The notes under the pieces: generated by a model
Databases searched by the model: none
Told to the model about the DNA's origin: nothing
The model's input: the letters and a program-made list of their open reading frames with translations, nothing else
Made by a program: the position numbers and the translations under genes
IMG/VR virus record: IMGVR_UViG_3300023179_009086
Location: 1 to 64,000 of that record
DNA: 64,000 nt
Reading direction: 5' to 3' (one strand)
Origin: a virus
Shown here: positions 16,608 to 26,322 of the stretch, in pieces
Numbering within the stretch: the first letter of the stretch is position 1
Layout: each line of letters opens with the position of its first letter

Positions 16608-17547
16608 AAAAATCCTCACAATATTTATTGATTTGTTCTGCAATTGCAGATGGTTCTATAACTGCAAACGGAATTAAAGAATCAGACTGATTATACCCAG
16701 AAACTCTACATAAGTAGTTTGAATGCTCTTTCATCGGCTCAACATTAGAGGTAATAATATCACATCCAATTTTTTTAGCTTCAAAAAAACACATACCAAG
16801 ACCCTCCCTAGTTGAGGGGGCAATAATACAATCTGCTTCAGCATATGCATCATGAATTTCTTGCCTAGAAATTTTTTGACCAATAAAAGTTATTCTTTTA
16901 TCTTTTACTTCCATATTTTTGAGTCCAGAAATAATTAATCTAACTTTTTGAAAAGAAACTAATGAAAAAGAGTTAATAACAGCAGGTGTATTTTTTTGAT
17001 TAATTTCAGAATTAGATCCAGGATGATAAAAAGTTATTATATCTTTTTTTTCTTTTTTTATCTTGGAAAAATTAGGACAAAAATCCCAAGTTATTTTTTT
17101 TGCATTTGAAAAATTTTTAAATAGAAAAAATGTTTGATCTGTTAAACAATATACTTCAGAAAATTTTTTATATTTATTTTGATAAAGATCAGTTTTCATT
17201 GACCATTCGGGCATAGGAATGTCTATTACCTGCACTCCTATCTTAGAAATAGCCTCTACCCAATGAGAATCTTTTATAAAAGTTTCAAACGAAAATATTT
17301 TTTTAATATTATATTTTTTAATATAAGAAATAAGTTGTAAACTATAAGAAATATCACTATTAAATAATAAAAAATTATTCATTTCACTTTTAAAGTGTCC
17401 GGTCCATTTATTATTAACATAAATAAAACTTTTCTTAGGAATCATAAAAACTTGATTTCCTAATTGTTCTTGATAAATTTTAAAAGATTCAGCAAGATAA
17501 TATAAACCAGAAATAAATGGATATGTAATTACACCAATATTTTCCAT
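16594..17547 (-). CDS. GT-B (GT4-like) glycosyltransferase
   Basis: ADCIIAPSTREGLGMCFFEA (E-x7-E motif). Confidence 0.8.
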   Translation of the reverse strand: MENIGVITYPFISGLYYLAESFKIYQEQLGNQVFMIPKKSFIYVNNKWTGHFKSEMNNFLLFNSDISYSLQLISYIKKYNIKKIFSFETFIKDSHWVEAISKIGVQVIDIPMPEWSMKTDLYQNKYKKFSEVYCLTDQTFFLFKNFSNAKKITWDFCPNFSKIKKEKKDIITFYHPGSNSEINQKNTPAVINSFSLVSFQKVRLIISGLKNMEVKDKRITFIGQKISRQEIHDAYAEADCIIAPSTREGLGMCFFEAKKIGCDIITSNVEPMKEHSNYLCRVSGYNQSDSLIPFAVIEPSAIAEQINKYCEDFYGTK

Positions 17548-18242
17548 TATTGTTTCATTCTTTTTATAGAATCTTGTTTAATTTTTTCTACATTAGTTAA
17601 TAATAAATTAAGATTTTTTGGATTAGAAGTCAAAGAAACTTTATTAATAGTATCTCTATGATAAAGATACAATGGATCATGAATATAATTAATTTTATAT
17701 TTTTCAACAATTCTCAACCAAAGATCATAGTCTTCTGCTAAAAGATAACTTTCATTAAAGTTACCAACTTCTTCCAAAATTTTTCTCTTGACCATGACAG
17801 ATCCGGAAGCTACAAAGTTATTTTTAATCATATTATCATATGAGATATCTATTTCTTTTTTATAGAAAGGACTAGTAATTGTTATTCTATTAATCCAGAA
17901 TCTATAATTCCCACAGACCATGGCCGCATCATTTTGCATTAAACTATTTAAACTAGCTAGAATTCTTCCTGGTAACATAGCATCATCTGCATCAAGAAAA
18001 GCAATATACTCTGATGAACTATTTTTGATTCCCAAATTTCTAGCAGCAGCCGGACCTGAATTAGTATCAGTTTTTAAAAAATTAATTCCATATTTCATTG
18101 CAATTTTTTCAGGAGAATCTGAAGAGCAATCATCTATTAAATAGATATTTTTTTTTAAAATACCTTGTTTTAAGCAACTATTTAAAGCTGCTTCTAAATA
18201 TTTTGTTTGATTAAAAATTGGAATAATTACATCAACATTCAT
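17547..18242 (-). CDS. GT-A (GT2) glycosyltransferase
   Basis: VIIPIFN, IDDCSSD, NSGPAAARNLG, FLDADD, AEDYDLWLR. Confidence 0.9.
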   Translation of the reverse strand: MNVDVIIPIFNQTKYLEAALNSCLKQGILKKNIYLIDDCSSDSPEKIAMKYGINFLKTDTNSGPAAARNLGIKNSSSEYIAFLDADDAMLPGRILASLNSLMQNDAAMVCGNYRFWINRITITSPFYKKEIDISYDNMIKNNFVASGSVMVKRKILEEVGNFNESYLLAEDYDLWLRIVEKYKINYIHDPLYLYHRDTINKVSLTSNPKNLNLLLTNVEKIKQDSIKRMKQ

Positions 18243-19143
18243 TTAACAACCATAAATAATAATCTGATAATGTTTCTTTTTTAAAATTGCTAAGAATAAA
18301 TTCCCTAGCTCCCAAGGACAAATCTTCCCTTAATTTTTCATCTCTCAAAATTATTTCCGAGGCCCTACTTAATTCTTCAATATTTTTATTTACAATAATT
18401 CCTGTCTGATAATGAATACCCATCATAAAAACCCTAGGATGTGTAACCACTGGTACACCTGCAGCTAATTGCTCTAGTACTGCTTCAGATTTAGTTTCCG
18501 ACAAGCTAGTACAGACATATCCTGCGTAACTACTAGCTACCTCTACATGTTCCATGTATCTATATGGAATAGGATATCCTAACAAATCTAGCTTGTCAAC
18601 AATTTTTTTTCTTAACTCCAGTGCCGTATTTAAATCTTTTGAGTCATGGGAGGAATTTCCTTTCCATAAAATTTTATGGATTTTTTTTTCTTTAGGAGTC
18701 CAAAGGTCATAATCTGGTCCTGTCATAAATTCTTCAATTCTATAATTTAAATATTTTTTTAATTTATATTTAATTTCTTTATTAACAACTAAGATAAGAT
18801 CTGGATGTATATCTTTACAAAGTTTAATTTCTTTTTTTGGATCAGTTCCGTCAAACAAATTAGGACCCAAAATAATTTTTTTACCTTTTTGTTTTTCTTG
18901 TTTGACAATAAACAAAAATTCTTCTGTTAAACCGCTCCACCAATGGACGTAATTATTAGTTTTAAAATTATATTCTTTAATATTTTTAATATTAACATTA
19001 TTAATATCAGTTTGTAACTTTGTAAAAATATTAAAATTTACTTTACAAAATTTTGTAAAGTTCCAGCAGCTTATGCCTGGCCCATTAGTAAAATTTCCAT
19101 ATCCATAATTAAAAACTAAAAGATTAACATCTTCCATATTCAT
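18232..19143 (-). CDS. GT-B (GT4-like) glycosyltransferase
   Basis: TSLSETKSEAVLEQLAAGVPVV. Confidence 0.72.
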   Translation of the reverse strand: MNMEDVNLLVFNYGYGNFTNGPGISCWNFTKFCKVNFNIFTKLQTDINNVNIKNIKEYNFKTNNYVHWWSGLTEEFLFIVKQEKQKGKKIILGPNLFDGTDPKKEIKLCKDIHPDLILVVNKEIKYKLKKYLNYRIEEFMTGPDYDLWTPKEKKIHKILWKGNSSHDSKDLNTALELRKKIVDKLDLLGYPIPYRYMEHVEVASSYAGYVCTSLSETKSEAVLEQLAAGVPVVTHPRVFMMGIHYQTGIIVNKNIEELSRASEIILRDEKLREDLSLGAREFILSNFKKETLSDYYLWLLNEC

Positions 19144-19507
19144 CTTCTAATCTAACAACATCATCTAAATGATCAGTTGATGTTTCTATAATTTTAACGT
19201 CTTCATTTTCTGCATAAAAACGATGAATTAAATTAGCTTCTATATGAAATGAAGAACCTTCTATTAAATGATAATAATTTTCTATATTATTTTTTAATAT
19301 CATTAAAGTTAATGAACCAGAATCTATATAAATAGTTTCTTCTTTAATTTTATGAAATTGTTTGGATGTTTTATGTCCTTTTTTTATAAAAAGAATTTTA
19401 GAAACATATCCGGCTTCTTTACTATGCGCCCAAATAATCTCATAACCCCAAGGTTTTTCTATTTTTATTGTATTAAAATGTTGTTCAGGATAATGATGAT
19501 AAATCAT
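19124..19507 (-). CDS. Cupin, mannose-6-phosphate isomerase (type II C-terminal)-like
   Basis: EKPWG, SKQFHKIKEET, IHRF, DDVVRLEDEYGR. Confidence 0.78.
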   Translation of the reverse strand: MIYHHYPEQHFNTIKIEKPWGYEIIWAHSKEAGYVSKILFIKKGHKTSKQFHKIKEETIYIDSGSLTLMILKNNIENYYHLIEGSSFHIEANLIHRFYAENEDVKIIETSTDHLDDVVRLEDEYGRC

Positions 19508-20456
19508 GTAGATACATCTCTTCTAATAACATTTTCCAATTATATTCTGGTTTCCAACCTAATTTTTTTCTAGCTTTTTCAGCATTTCCAAGTAGATAAG
19601 AGACGTCTGATGGTCTCATAAATTTTTGATCTTGTTCATAAACATCTTCAAATTTTAAATCTGCAATAGTACAAACGTATTTTAACATTTCTTCTATTGT
19701 AGCTCCGGCTCCGGTGGCTATGATAAAATCATCAGGCTCTTCTTGCTGAAGCATTAAGTGCATCGCTTTACAATAATCCTTGGCATGACCTTCATCTCTG
19801 AAAGCATTTAAATTTCCCATTTTTATTTTTTGTTCTTTTCCTACTTTTATTTTTGCAATACCACTAGTAATTTTTCTAGTGGCAAAATCAAAACCCCTTC
19901 TAGGAGAGCTGTGATTGTGAAGAATACCATTACAAGCAAATAAATTATAAGACTTTCTATAATTAATTACTGACCAGTAAGCTGCTAATTTTGAAATAGC
20001 ATAAGGTGACATAGGATTCATTATATTTGTTTCTATAAAACCATTTTCAGGACAAATAGATGATCCAAATAACTCTGAAGTAGAAGCTTGATAGTATCTT
20101 GTATATGGAGAAATATTTCTAATTAATTCTAATTGATTAATTACCGCTTCTCCATTAATACGAAAAGAATATGTTGGTTCTATAAAAGACTGACCTACAT
20201 GAGACATTGCTGCAAGATTATACCACTCATGTGGTTTGTAATGATGCAAAATTCTGCAAATAAAAGTAGAATCAGTAATATCACCAATTAATAATTTAAA
20301 ATTATTATTATCAATAATTTGATTTAAATTATCTAATTCGTTTTTTGTACTTATTCTTCTAGTAATTCCTATAACTTTATAACCTAAAGATATAAGATGT
20401 TCTGATAAATAAGATCCATCTTGTCCGGCAACACCAGTTATTACTGCTATTAACAT
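19485..20456 (-). CDS. gmd: GDP-mannose 4,6-dehydratase
   Basis: ITGVAGQDGSYL, YNLAAMSHV, YQASTSELFG, SPYAISK, SPRRG.DFATRKIT, GNLNAFRD.GHAKDY. Confidence 0.92.
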   Translation of the reverse strand: MLIAVITGVAGQDGSYLSEHLISLGYKVIGITRRISTKNELDNLNQIIDNNNFKLLIGDITDSTFICRILHHYKPHEWYNLAAMSHVGQSFIEPTYSFRINGEAVINQLELIRNISPYTRYYQASTSELFGSSICPENGFIETNIMNPMSPYAISKLAAYWSVINYRKSYNLFACNGILHNHSSPRRGFDFATRKITSGIAKIKVGKEQKIKMGNLNAFRDEGHAKDYCKAMHLMLQQEEPDDFIIATGAGATIEEMLKYVCTIADLKFEDVYEQDQKFMRPSDVSYLLGNAEKARKKLGWKPEYNWKMLLEEMYLHDLSSLS

Positions 20457-20489
20457 ATTTTTCTCTATTTTATTTTACTTAAAAATTAT

Positions 20490-20523
20490 AAAAAAAGCAG
20501 CTAGTTCAAATTAGCTGCTTTTT
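20490..20523. terminator. Intrinsic terminator, potentially bidirectional
   Basis: AAAAAAGCAGCTA-GTTCAAAT-TAGCTGCTTTTT hairpin with A and T tracts, 8 nt after the endonuclease stop. Confidence 0.8.
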
Positions 20524-20531
20524 AAAAATTA

Positions 20532-22115
20532 TTAAATTATTTTTTTATACAATCTTTGTCCAGCATCATATATTTTTGTCCATTTTAATTCTTCTGCATA
20601 TTCTTTTTCAGATAAACATCTGGAATCCATATTTGCTCTACAAGCAAGTCGATTATATGTTGCTTTATTATCGGTCCATTTCCAACTCAAAATATCATGA
20701 TCCTTTTTAAATCCATGTTGGAGAAGAAAGCTTCCAACTCCATATCTAAGATCTACCCAATAATGAATTTCATTATATTTGCCAAATAATTTTTTTTCAA
20801 GATATGATAAGAGTTTGGAAAAGCCTCCAACAACTACTGTATTTAGTGCTGATGAGAGTCTTTCTATTATCAATTTCTTTCCTACAACTCTATATGAGAG
20901 ACAAGTCAAAATTTCATTATTATATTTTAAACATATATTTTTATATTTTCCACTTCCAGGTCCCATTAGATGGGTTCTTTCATAAAATGCTGATGCATCA
21001 GCAGAATTAATAATTTCTATTTTTGTTTTTCTTGCAAAAATTTTATTAGAAGTTTTTCCCAAAGAATTATCAACTATTGATTTAATTATATCAATCTTTG
21101 TCTCTATTTCATCAGATCTAAATTGAAAAATTCTAAAATTAAATAATTCATATTTTTCTCTCATAGAAAAATGATAATTCTTATTTTTAACTACATTATC
21201 TGAATGCCAATATAAACCATCGGCATTCAGATAATGTGATTCAGAAAGTTTAAAATCAGGTCTATAATTAATAATATCTTTATCTATTTCATTTATTTTT
21301 TTATTCCATTTTTGAATTCCAAAGGTATTTTCTATAATTTTTTCTATATTAGTTTTTGAAAAAATAAAATTAGAAATAAAATTATTAATATCTTCATCTG
21401 TATAATTTTCTTTATTTCTAATCCAATGACTAAACCAATATAGTGAAATATTAAATGTTTTAGAGAATTCAATTTTAGAATAAAATTTACCTTTATAATT
21501 TACTCCATATTTTTCCGCATATTTTTTTTTAGATTTATTTGCAATTTCTTTATTCATAGCAGGAGCAATTGCACCATATTTTTGGATATTTGTTTCTTCT
21601 ACTTTTTTTCTAATTTCAGGAAGAGACATTACCCATTCAACGCCATATTTCTTTAAATAAGTTTCTTTTTGCTTTGAAATTGCTAGATCTGATGCAGAAG
21701 CATGTTCAACACCATATCTTTCTAAAGATGTTTGTTTAAACTTTTCTTTTATTTCTTCACTTTGTAGTGGACTGTTTACCCCATATGAATCAAAAAGAGA
21801 TTTTTCTTGTTTTTGTTTAAACTCATCAATCTGCATTGCATTTTCTGAGCCATACTTTTCTTTCATAGTTGATTTTAATTTTAAAATTCTAGTTTCATCT
21901 ACTTTTTTAGCATTTTCTTTAGATCTTTTTAAATTAAATTTTTTTACATATTTGGCAATAACATTGATAGATGAATCAACTTCTTCAGCAATTTCTTTTA
22001 GAGTTTTATTTTCAATTATATACTTCTCTTCAAGCCAATGCTTATCTCTATAAGGTGGACTATAGTTTTTACCAAATCTAAAAGTTTCTAGTCTTCTATC
22101 TTTTTTCTCTTCCAT
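20532..22115 (-). CDS. Free-standing putative homing endonuclease (Hef-like): HTH, 23-aa repeats, Vsr/PD-(D/E)xK-like nuclease, C-terminal GNAT-like domain
   Basis: N-terminal WLEEKY...LKEIAEEV HTH; six xxYG repeats; RPDF...NADGLYWHS; KIFARKT...THLMG...VVGGFSKLL...VDLRYG. Confidence 0.65.
   Translation of the reverse strand: MEEKKDRRLETFRFGKNYSPPYRDKHWLEEKYIIENKTLKEIAEEVDSSINVIAKYVKKFNLKRSKENAKKVDETRILKLKSTMKEKYGSENAMQIDEFKQKQEKSLFDSYGVNSPLQSEEIKEKFKQTSLERYGVEHASASDLAISKQKETYLKKYGVEWVMSLPEIRKKVEETNIQKYGAIAPAMNKEIANKSKKKYAEKYGVNYKGKFYSKIEFSKTFNISLYWFSHWIRNKENYTDEDINNFISNFIFSKTNIEKIIENTFGIQKWNKKINEIDKDIINYRPDFKLSESHYLNADGLYWHSDNVVKNKNYHFSMREKYELFNFRIFQFRSDEIETKIDIIKSIVDNSLGKTSNKIFARKTKIEIINSADASAFYERTHLMGPGSGKYKNICLKYNNEILTCLSYRVVGKKLIIERLSSALNTVVVGGFSKLLSYLEKKLFGKYNEIHYWVDLRYGVGSFLLQHGFKKDHDILSWKWTDNKATYNRLACRANMDSRCLSEKEYAEELKWTKIYDAGQRLYKKII
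21495..21875 (-). repeat. Six degenerate 69-nt (23-aa) coding repeats, consensus about K.T...KYGVE
   Basis: YG codons recur at exactly 69-nt spacing (about 21505, 21574, 21643, 21712, 21781, 21850). Confidence 0.85.
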
Positions 22116-22156
22116 AGGAGTGCCCCCTTAGGATAATTATATCCTTCCTGCAGGAA
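22116..22156 (-). promoter_or_regulatory. Three adjacent inverted repeats covering a TATAAT box and the RBS of the endonuclease gene
   Basis: TTCCTGCAGGAA palindrome; AGGATA-TAAT-TATCCT; AGGGG-GCA-CTCCT immediately before the ATG. Confidence 0.6.
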
Positions 22157-22165
22157 AGTACCACT

Positions 22166-24001
22166 TTATTCTATGGTGAGGCTCTTAGCCAGATTAATCG
22201 GTCTATCTACGGAGCAACCTCGCAAATCGGCAAGGTGTAGTGAGATAAGCTGTCCTACAATTAAGAAAGTAATTGTATTAAGAATTTTATTTTCATTAGA
22301 TGGGATAATTATACTATAATTAACTGAATTAATAAAATCTTGTGGACAACCTTCTTCAAAAATACCGATAACCTGACCATTGCGACTAGTTATTTCTTTA
22401 ATATTTGCCATCATTTTGGTTCCGAGAATATTATTCTCAACCAAAGCAATAGTAGGTCTAATATTATTAATTAATGCTAATGGACCGTGCTTTAGCTCAG
22501 ACCCAGAATATCCTTCGGCATGAATATAACTTATCTCTTTTATTTTTAAAGCATATTCTCTAGCTATAGGTTCAAGTTTATCTCTACCAATAATTAACAT
22601 TGAATCAATATTTTTATAATTATTAAAAATATCTCTAATATCATTAGATTTTAATAAAATTTTTGAAATCTTATCTGGAAGCAAATATAATTCATTTATA
22701 ATTGAAATATAATTTTCAGGAGACATGGTTCCCTTTGAACCAAGTAGGGCTGCAAGAAGAATCATATTAATTATTTGATTGGTAACAGATTTGGTAGCAG
22801 CAACAGATGCTTCTTTACCAGATCTAATATAAATTCCACAATCTACCATTCTTGAAATAGTAGATGAAACTACATTTACTATACCAATAATAGTTGAGTT
22901 TTTCTTTTTAAAGTTATTTATACATCCTATTGTATCTGCTGTTTCACCAGATTGAGATACACAAATTAATGATGTTTTATCATCTGCAATAATATCATAA
23001 TATTGCAGTTCTCCAGCAGAAATTGCTTTGGATTTAATTTTAGCCATAGATTCCATAGCATATGCGCCAATTTGAGATGCATAAAAAGCAGAACCACATC
23101 CAGTAAAAATAAACTCTTGAGTTTTTAAAATTTTAAAAAGATGTGATTCAATACCGCCTAGTTTTATTAACTCTAATAATGGATTTACTCTACCGGCTAG
23201 CGTAGTTCTAATATATTCTGGTTGTTCAAAAATTTCTTTTTCTAAAAAATATTTATATTTATCTTTAGTATAAATTGAATTTACTGAAGATAATTCTTCA
23301 AAAGAAAATGTAGAATCTTTTCCAGAAAAATGTTTAATAATAATATTTTTTTTATGTTCTAAAATAGCATATTTATTATTTTCTAAAACTACTGTTTTTT
23401 TAACAAAATATGGCAAAGAAGGTATATCTGAAGATATATAAAATACATCAGAATCAATTCCAATACAAAGTGGAGAACCTAATCTTGCTAAAAATAATTT
23501 TCCTGGATTATCTAAATGAGCCATGACAAATGCATAGGCACCTTTTAATTCAGAAAAAACAATGTTTAAAGCTTCTTCAATATTGGAAGTTTTTTCATGC
23601 CAATATTGTATTAAATTTGGAATAACTTCTGTATCAGTTTCTGAATAAAAGGAATATCCATTAGAAATTAAAAAACTTTTAATTTCAGTATAATTTTCTA
23701 TAATTCCATTATGAACAACTGAAATTTTTTTATTATTTGATAAATGAGGATGAGCATTTGCTTCTGTAATGCCTCCATGAGAGGCCCATCTATCATGCCC
23801 AAATCCTATAAAGGAATCACCAGTATCAATATGATCCGGTAGTTTTTCTGGATGACCAACAGATTTGATGATGTCAAATCTATTAGAATAGACTACACTA
23901 ATACCACAACTATCATATCCTCTGTAAGAAATATTTGATAACATTTCTTTTAATTCAGAGTAGTAATTATTTTTACCTATTATACCTACTATACCACACA
24001 T
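22166..24001 (-). CDS. glmS: Glutamine:fructose-6-phosphate amidotransferase
   Basis: MCGIVG, RGYDS, GH.RWA.HG, NAHPH, HNGIIEN, SQSGETAD, ELKHGP, NLAKS.TIE. Confidence 0.95.
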   Translation of the reverse strand: MCGIVGIIGKNNYYSELKEMLSNISYRGYDSCGISVVYSNRFDIIKSVGHPEKLPDHIDTGDSFIGFGHDRWASHGGITEANAHPHLSNNKKISVVHNGIIENYTEIKSFLISNGYSFYSETDTEVIPNLIQYWHEKTSNIEEALNIVFSELKGAYAFVMAHLDNPGKLFLARLGSPLCIGIDSDVFYISSDIPSLPYFVKKTVVLENNKYAILEHKKNIIIKHFSGKDSTFSFEELSSVNSIYTKDKYKYFLEKEIFEQPEYIRTTLAGRVNPLLELIKLGGIESHLFKILKTQEFIFTGCGSAFYASQIGAYAMESMAKIKSKAISAGELQYYDIIADDKTSLICVSQSGETADTIGCINNFKKKNSTIIGIVNVVSSTISRMVDCGIYIRSGKEASVAATKSVTNQIINMILLAALLGSKGTMSPENYISIINELYLLPDKISKILLKSNDIRDIFNNYKNIDSMLIIGRDKLEPIAREYALKIKEISYIHAEGYSGSELKHGPLALINNIRPTIALVENNILGTKMMANIKEITSRNGQVIGIFEEGCPQDFINSVNYSIIIPSNENKILNTITFLIVGQLISLHLADLRGCSVDRPINLAKSLTIE

Positions 24002-24178
24002 GTTATATATTAAAATATTAATATTTTTTATAATAATTTTTTAATTCTATTTTTAAAAATTTTATTAAAAAATATTTAAGTAAAATTTTTATTTTATATA
24101 TCTGCTAATAAAAATTTAATTTTTTAAATAAATAATAAAATATAAAATTTAATACAACATTTACTACAATATTTTATA

Positions 24179-24970
24179 TTAATCTTTCCTCATTTTATTT
24201 CTTTCTGATACACACCCAGATAAAACTTCACATGGAATATTTAAATTTTTCATTTGTTCCAATAAAGCACTAGTATCTTTGGGAAAGCAATGACCCCCAT
24301 AACTAAGACTTTTATCTGGACCTGGAACAGTTGTATGCATTGGATTTATCCATCCATTTTTTAACATAAGATTTTTTGTTTTGTTAAAATTAATATTTAG
24401 CTCATTACATAATAAATAAAATTCATTAAATATTTGTACTTTTATTGCATAAAAAGTATTACAAAAAATCTTCATTGATTCAGATTCATGTGATGTACAT
24501 ATAGATATTTCTGCATTAGGATAATATTTTTGATAAAGAGAAATAATATTTTGATGTTTAATATTATTAAAACCAATAACTATATGTTTTTGATTATGAA
24601 AATCATCAAATGCTGTTCTTTCTGTTAAAAATTCTGGATTATGAACAATTTTAATATTGTATTTTTTTTCTAAAATATGACATGTTCCTGGCAAAACTGT
24701 TGATTTAATTACAACTAAACCAGAAAAATTATTTTCTTTAAGTAAATTTAAATTTTCTTCTATAGCAGAAAGATCATATCCATGTCCATTTTTATATGGA
24801 GTGGGAAGGCAAAAAAATATAATATTAGAATTTATTATAGAATTAATCGATCCAATATTTTGATATTTATCATAAATATTTATTTTTAAACCATTATTAT
24901 AAAATGATTTATTTAAAGCAGATCCGACAAATCCATTACCTATCTGTGATATTATCATTTTAAAATTCAC
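24179..24970 (-). CDS. UDP-glucose/GDP-mannose dehydrogenase family protein lacking the C-terminal domain
   Basis: IGNGFVG, CLPTP, KSTVLPGT, NPEFL, K..CNTF, GGHCFPKD. Only 263 aa. Confidence 0.85.
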   Translation of the reverse strand: MNFKMIISQIGNGFVGSALNKSFYNNGLKINIYDKYQNIGSINSIINSNIIFFCLPTPYKNGHGYDLSAIEENLNLLKENNFSGLVVIKSTVLPGTCHILEKKYNIKIVHNPEFLTERTAFDDFHNQKHIVIGFNNIKHQNIISLYQKYYPNAEISICTSHESESMKIFCNTFYAIKVQIFNEFYLLCNELNINFNKTKNLMLKNGWINPMHTTVPGPDKSLSYGGHCFPKDTSALLEQMKNLNIPCEVLSGCVSERNKMRKD

Positions 24971-25611
24971 TTAACACAATAAATTACAAAAGAACCATTT
25001 TCAATAAATTCAGTATCAATTATTTTAAAATTTAAACTATTTAATATTTTTAAACAATTTTCATGAGATGGTCTATATCCCTCAAAACTTCCTGAATTTT
25101 TATTTGTTTCTGATATTTTTTTATTAAAATGTAATATAGATATTCCATTATCTTTTTGAATTCTATATATTTCAGATAAAGTTAAAGTTAAATATTCTAA
25201 AGTTGGAATATGTTGAAGAACATGAAAAGAGTAAATTATATCAAAAAAGTTATCTTTAAAATTTATTTTTTCAACTTCAGATAAATTTAAAAAAATATCC
25301 TCATTTAAACAGTGCTCTTTACAAAATTTTATCATATTTTCAGATATATCTGTACCATAAAATTTTGCTTCTTTTCTTTTTGAAAAAAACTTTAATATTC
25401 TTCCAACTCCACAGCCAAAATCTAATATTTTATAACCATTTATATTATTTGTATGTTTTAAAATTATATTATCTATAACACTAATAACAATAGTCTCGTC
25501 AAAAGAAGAAATTCCAGTATTTTTACTTTTTAAAGTAGAAACTCTTTCGTATTTTGCTTCGTCTATAGTATCTACATTCCAAAATTTTTTTATTTTTTCT
25601 GAATCATTCAT
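24967..25611 (-). CDS. Class I SAM-dependent methyltransferase
   Basis: ILDFGCGVGR, GTDISENMI, FDIIYSFHVLQHI. Confidence 0.88.
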   Translation of the reverse strand: MNDSEKIKKFWNVDTIDEAKYERVSTLKSKNTGISSFDETIVISVIDNIILKHTNNINGYKILDFGCGVGRILKFFSKRKEAKFYGTDISENMIKFCKEHCLNEDIFLNLSEVEKINFKDNFFDIIYSFHVLQHIPTLEYLTLTLSEIYRIQKDNGISILHFNKKISETNKNSGSFEGYRPSHENCLKILNSLNFKIIDTEFIENGSFVIYCVK

Positions 25612-25617
25612 AACTAC

Positions 25618-26322
25618 CTACTTATTAACTTGCTTATCAATATAATTAATATTATACTTTATATTAATAAAATTAGAAATTTTATTTAATTCATTTTTGT
25701 TATTTATAAAATTTAAAAAATTTACTTCTAAATATTGATATTTATTCAAACTAAACCTATTTAAAGACCATTGATTTAATACTTCATTTGCATACCAATA
25801 AAATTTATTAAAATCTGATAAATTATTCCATTCTATTGTATTTTTGTTATTGATAAATTTATCATATGGCTCAAATAATGAATTTTTCCATAATTCATTA
25901 TAATATTTTTTATATTTTAAATCATTATATTCTAAAGATCTTTTTTGTAATCTTAAATTAAAAGATTTTGCAATATCAGTATTATTTCTATTTATTTTTA
26001 AAATTTTAAAATTATAATTAGAATTTATTAAAAAAGGTAAAAAATATCTGCCTAATTTATGATCTGTGATAAAAATATTTTCTTTATTAGAAAAATTTAT
26101 TAATTTATTTTTTAAATATTTATCACATAAATTATAATATTCTTTGTTATTTTTTTCTTGATTTTTTATCTCACTAACAGGAATATCCGACCATGGTTCA
26201 TGTGCTACGATATTGTTATCATTGATATGAATAAAATCTTTTGAATAATTAGATTCACCAAATATATATGATAAATATCCAGTTCCACATCTTCCAGATG
26301 AATATGTAAAAATTATATTCAT
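25618..26322 (-). CDS. Sulfotransferase-like protein
   Basis: N-terminal SSGRCGTGYL resembles the 5'-PSB loop, followed by HEP and R.....A.S (3'-PB-like). Start placed at MNIIF, overlapping the upstream stop (ATGA). Confidence 0.55.
   Translation of the reverse strand: MNIIFTYSSGRCGTGYLSYIFGESNYSKDFIHINDNNIVAHEPWSDIPVSEIKNQEKNNKEYYNLCDKYLKNKLINFSNKENIFITDHKLGRYFLPFLINSNYNFKILKINRNNTDIAKSFNLRLQKRSLEYNDLKYKKYYNELWKNSLFEPYDKFINNKNTIEWNNLSDFNKFYWYANEVLNQWSLNRFSLNKYQYLEVNFLNFINNKNELNKISNFINIKYNINYIDKQVNK

Noticed and set aside
21495-21875. 69-nt periodicity as a CRISPR array
   Set aside because: The repeats are degenerate at the DNA level, in frame, and conserved as protein. There is no repeat-spacer structure.
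24002-24178. glmS ribozyme upstream of glmS
   Set aside because: The region is about 6% GC and cannot form the conserved paired core.
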